DNA from: Spirogloea muscicola
Lineage: Eukaryota
Assembly (NCBI GenBank): GCA_009602725.1
Contig: WELB01000002.1
Coordinates: 483,780 to 547,779, forward strand
Length of the DNA: 64,000 bases
Direction of reading: 5' to 3'
The notes under the pieces were generated by a model. The model made no database searches. It had not been told where the DNA came from and saw nothing but the letters and a program-made list of their open reading frames with translations. Made by a program: the position numbers and the translations under genes. Positions 58,801 to 64,000 of this stretch are shown here, piece by piece (the stretch's first letter is position 1; every line of letters starts with the position of its first letter).

Positions 58801-61800
58801 GGGGTTCTTCACAAAAGCATCAATGAGAAGTTTGACATTGTCTAGGTTGGTTGGGGCCATTCCTGTGGAGCTTGCGATGCCTCAGATTAAATACCTCTCT
58901 ATCCAGAACAACAGGTGGAACATATGCAATAATCTCACAATCAAGTTGCCAGTCTTTCTGCCCCTCTTGCACTTCTCTTTCTATGAGGCTGCCTTACTGA
59001 TGGCTTTGCTTAGCTTCCTGCATATCAGTCTCGCAGGACCCATTCCTAAGGAGTTTGGACAGTTAGTCAACTTCACAATCTTCTTAGCAGACAACAACCA
59101 GTATGCGACCGTCCCTTGCAGGACATGTAGTATACCTTGCTTGTACTGTCTAAACTCACCACATTTTAGAAAGCGTATGAGGTGGAACGGAAGGCAACAT
59201 ATAAGGCAACACCATGACCCTGAAGCCCCTCGTCTTCAACAATGGGAAATTGCACGTACCTCACGGACGTATTCTTGAGTAACAACAGGTGAGGAAGCAT
59301 GCTCCACCTCTCCTACATCCTAGAGTGTTCACCTTAGAAGAGGTTTGAATAAAAACGAATGAGTCCTCTGATGCTCTAATTTTGGATTGTATGATGCGTT
59401 GTGCTCGCTTCGAACGTTGATTTGAAGCGCAAGATAGCTGGACTTAATCAAAGGCCTCTCTGTGAGCCGGATATTCTATGGCAGCTTTTGGATACCTGCT
59501 ACACCGTCAAACTCCTCAACTTTGTCCTTGCATTGCCTACTTCCGCAATCAGTAATTATGGACAGAAGCTTTTAAATCGTGGGAGTCAGAATAGAAGAAT
59601 AATGCGTCTTACGTAGTGCGGGCAGGTTCACAGGAGAGGTCCCGCCTGAGTTTGGCAACTTCAACGGACTTGTAACACTCGAAATCACCAATAACAGGTG
59701 CTAGTACCCCAACAAATTCACTGGCCATGTTTACACAAGGTGTCACAAGTACGCTCTGTACAAGCCATAAGTGCTCGCAGATGCCCGACTGTTGTGGATC
59801 TACTCTGACGAGCATAGAAATTGGTGTTGAACAACTGTCAGCAGCAACCGCCTGCATGCAATGGCACGATAACTATAACCACGATTTCCATCTGAAGTCT
59901 CACCAGCACGATTCCCATCTGCAGTTTTACAGGAACAATTCCGCCAGAGCTTGGGAGATCCAGTGTTGTGAAAGTGGGCTTGGGTTTGAACAGGTTTGCT
60001 CACAAATCGGAAACACAAGTTTGATAGCGGCTCCTGTTGAAACCGCTATCAGTCTTCATAATTTGTGCAAATGCTTGATATCTTGTCAGTTAATATCTTG
60101 TCAGTGTGTGGCAGTACAGGGAGGACATGATGAGTTATGATTCATCTTCTGTGGATTCACAGAAGTCTGCTGCAAGTGGTACGCCAATCATACACAATAT
60201 GTGACTCCCTGGTACATTGCTTTTTGCAGGCTCACAGGCGTGATTCATTCAGAGATTTTTGGCAATGGCAGGTTGCAGTACCTGTATCTCTTCCAGAACA
60301 AGTATAGGCTTCATCCTTCTCACGGCTGCAATAGAGAGGCAACCTCTTCTTTCGTACATACTGCAGAAGTAGATACGTGACGAAATCAGGAGACTGATAG
60401 TCCTTTGCTTGGTGACATCAACAGACTCACAGGAAGCATTCCTGCAACAATCGGGAACTGCACCACACTGGCACATTTTGATGCATCCAATAACAAGTCA
60501 GTGCTCACATTGCTCTGAGCAGCATACAAAACTCTGTGGCAGTGGTGCACAAGGATGAACAGAAGCGACTTCTTTTTGTACATACTGCAGGAGATGCATC
60601 CGGAGTCAGGAGACTGAATAGTCTTTTGCTTGGTGACATCAACAGACTCACAGGAAGCATTCCTGCAACAATTGGAAACTGCTCCACACTGACACATTTT
60701 GATGCATCCAATAACAAGTCAGTGCTCACATTGCTCTGAGCATCATACGGAACTCTGTGGCAGCGGTGCACAACAATGAACATGATCGAGGGAGTCCCTT
60801 GAAGACCTGGTGGCACAATGCCAATGCTCTGTGTTTTGCTATTAGATCCACATTGATGATGTACACAATATGTGACCCTCTTGTGCAATGTAGTTGCAGG
60901 CTCACAGGCGTGGTTCCCTCAGAGCTTTTTGCTAGTGGCAGGTTACAGTTGCTGCAGCTTTTCCAAAATGAGTACGGGCTTCATCCTTCTCAGTAGGACA
61001 GATGGACAATCTTTACTTCAATCTGCTGGTACATGATGAAGTCAGCAGACTGATTGTCTTTCTCTCGATGACATCAACAGACTTACAGGAAGCATCCCTG
61101 CGACGATGGGGAACTGCACAACGCTATCAAGCTTTGATGCATCCAACAACAAGTCAGCTCTCATATTGCTCTGGGCAGTGTTTGAAACTTTGTGTTGTCT
61201 CACCTTGTACATTCCTCTGGGCTGGCCGCTCTCAGCCATTGCCTTACATTGGAAGAGCTGTTTCATTCACACCTACACTACAGCAATATATATATCATGA
61301 AGTTGGCAGACTGATTGTCCTTTTCTCAATGACATTAACAGACTCACAGGGTGCATTCCTGCCTCCATTGGGAACTGCACAACGCTGTTAAATTTTGATG
61401 CATCATCCAACAAGTCAGCTCGCACATTGCTCTGAGCAGTATATGAGACTTAGTGGCGTGCTCAACATTGCACATATCAAAGTTCAGGGCGATTCATTTA
61501 AGACCAGGTGGCACGTATGCCCATGCGCTGCAATCGTCTTGCATTCAGATTGACGGGAGTCATCCCTTCAAGCATTGGCAACCTTCGAATGTTGAGGGCG
61601 TTGCTTTTGGGGATCAATAAGTAAGTATGAGCAATACACTCCTAGCAGAATTGTGCCGTGCGTAGAGCATCGAGGCATCATTGCAAGTAATGTCCTTGAG
61701 ACACGGTGAGCTTGACAACATCAACTCATTGCGAGCTGTCTGATTGATGAAGTGGTCATCAGTAATGAAGCTATGGAGAAGGTGGACATTGTTTGTTGAA

Positions 61801-64000
61801 GCTCTCTGTTGTGATGCAGCCTTACTGGTCCCTTACCACCGGAGATAGGGAACTGCGCCAGTCTCAGCTATTTCCATGTCAGCGACAACCAGTAGGCTCC
61901 AATTTGCTTTTGCCCAGATGTCAGCCACGTAGACCTACTTTGCTGTCCATATGTGCAGGTCATCCCATGCAACAGCTCCCAGTCTAGATGGAGCAGACCG
62001 CTATTTGTGCACATAAGAGCCTGATTGCTAGCCACATTGGCTTTACAACTCTCAGGAAGTCGTAGTGCAATTGCAAGTCCATGCAATCCTGCTGAAGTGT
62101 GCAGCTTAAAGGACAAGCCTTCCAACATAGTGCAGATTAAGCGGAGAGTTCCCCGCTTCGCTGGCGAAATTGTCCCTCTTACAGGTCCTTGTCGTTTCGA
62201 ACAATCGGTAAGTGATTACGCACGAACGTGGCAAGCTAAGTACTGATGGTCGTCTGGAACAAAACAGAGAAGTCAAAGTCTAAGCCAACCAAACATGAAA
62301 ACCCCTGATGTCATCTCTCCTTGCTGCCGCCATGCAGTATATCTAGAAGCCTGCCCGCCGAGCTTGGGAGGAGTGGAAATTTCATTGATCTTATCCTCTC
62401 CAACAACAAGTACTCTCAATACTGCACTCCTCTCCAAATTAGTGTGACGGTGTGGCTGGCCAGCCACAGCAGTATGTCTGACGTTTTCATCGAGACTGCT
62501 CCCGTGCATATTGAGGTCTGCTTGATGCATGAATGCATGTTGAGTAACTTGATCTGACACAGACCTGAACAGGCTGACAGGCTCCCTGCCACCAGCAGTT
62601 GGCAACTGCCGGAATCTGACAATTCTTGAGCTTAATAATAAGTGCGCAGTCCTGCACCTCTGCTTTTCTACTTTATGTCACATATGCTGCACGATAGACA
62701 TGGTCATTCACTGTCAAGCCTGCAGTCGTAGAAGTGTGTCAGCATAGTGGGGCTCTGCTACAGTGTTGTATTGATACCGCATGTGTTCAGGCGTTTGACT
62801 AAGAAAATCATGAGACAGACACGTTGCATTTCAATGTCTGATTCTGATAGTAGAAGTCACAAACAGTGGGACTCTGCTGAAGTATTATAATGCATATCAC
62901 AGTCTTCTTGCTTGTGGGACCTGTGAAAATGCTGCTCACAGTCTCTCATCACCTTTCCACAGACTCAGTGGGCTCATCCCTCCATCATATGGCAACTTGG
63001 CTAATTTGTCAAGCCTCTTGCTGTACTCCAACAAGTGGGTATTTCTCCCTTACTGTCGACTCAAGTTTTGGCATTGATGAATCTTGAACCTGACAACTTC
63101 CATGCTACCTTCCTTGAAGTCAGGATACAAATCATCATAGTCAGCTGCCACGGCATTGTTTTATAGAGCCCTTCCTCCTGTACCAATCACAGATTATCGG
63201 GCCACATACCGAAGCAGCTAAGCAAGTGCAAAAAGCTCCGATACCTGGACCTGAGCTTCAACTTGTAAGGGGTTTCTTGCCGCCCATGTCAACTGCTTGG
63301 GTGACTATCTAGTTTCTCAAGGAGGCTTGTGTGCGTGGCTCCAGTCTCCACTCTCGGTGTAGCTTCCAAGATCTTATTTGTCCACAGTATGTCCAACACC
63401 AACCCCTATAACTCGTAAGGTGGCACTCTGCATTTTGAATATAGCAGGCTTGTTGGAGGGGTACCGCGAGAGCTTGGGGAGCTGCCAAATCTCCTCGGCT
63501 TTCAGGCAAGCAACAACAGGTGAAAGAAGCATGAAGTTCAAGAGTCGGCAGCCGATCACAGCATGTGACTGTAGATATTTGTGATCGCGTATGATATTCA
63601 TCACGCCTGCAGTGTAAGGCCAACTGGATTTAGCGCGCTGTTTCAGTCTGTGCTATGTATGAGGTCGACCTTGCAGGTGTCAGATCACCCACTATCAAAT
63701 GCTCGTTTCGTGTCAGCTTGGAGGGTGGAATGCCACCAGAGCTTGCTAATTGCAGGGCAATGGTCAACCTGGATCTGAGCTACAACAGGTGCCGAGCTAG
63801 GACTGCGTCTTCAGTGGAGCCATTGCTTGCCTGAATTACCATGTCAGCAGATGAAAGATTTGCAGAAGAGTCACAGCTGGCTTTGTCACTTAGCGACTCA
63901 CTCGTAAATACTGGCAGGTTAAGCGGCCACCTGCCACCTCAGCTGGGAAGGCTTGTGCTGCTCAACGGGCTTCGGCTTGCTGGCAACAGCCTTTCAGGAC
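55853..64000 (+). pseudogene. LRR-RLK copy E: long ectodomain with >20 single-LRR (69-72 nt) exons, 3'-partial, containing in-frame stops
   Basis: Signal exon 55853-55945 (phase off by one), N-cap 56414-56557, 2-LRR exon ~56828-57004, then LRR exons such as 57289-57360, 57752-57823, 57941-58012, 58235-58306 (TAA 58281), 58582-58653 (TGA 58616), 59029-59100, 60425-60496, 60646-60717, 61549-61620, 61820-61891, 62136-62207, 63193-63264, 63717-63788; large exon starts ~63918. Confidence 0.8.
57609..57715 (-). mobile_element. ~107-bp LINE 3'-end insertion in an intron, with 6-bp TSD
   Basis: Reverse complement of the ATGCGCACCGCGCGCCTTCTC-type 3' UTR; TSD CCAGGA at 57603-57608 and 57716-57721. 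Confidence 0.8.

Overview
Eukaryotic, intron-rich plant-lineage DNA; the SERK-type gene, GC-AG introns and DNMT-bearing Ty3/gypsy element suggest a streptophyte alga or early-diverging plant (inference only). Host genes are a 5'-partial SERK/BAK1-like co-receptor kinase (131-3579) and a cluster of five related LRR receptor-like kinase copies (A-E) plus a fragment. These arose by direct and inverted duplication, and one 72-nt single-LRR exon is present 1, 4, 12, 1 and 1 times. Intergenic DNA is a mosaic of 5'-truncated restriction-like-endonuclease (RLE, CRE-like) non-LTR retrotransposon 3' ends. The most striking object is an apparently intact 8.67-kb Ty3/gypsy-like element (11615-20284) encoding Gag-protease-C5 DNA methyltransferase, then an in-frame UAG-CAA-UUA readthrough signal, then RT-RNase H-integrase-PHD finger. 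I find no long terminal direct repeats: it has ~45-bp imperfect terminal inverted repeats (TGTC...GACA) and a 4-bp TSD, and two non-autonomous derivatives with the same ends lie at 48407-50482 and 52467-53775. Exon and element boundaries were read by eye, and no alignments or searches were run.
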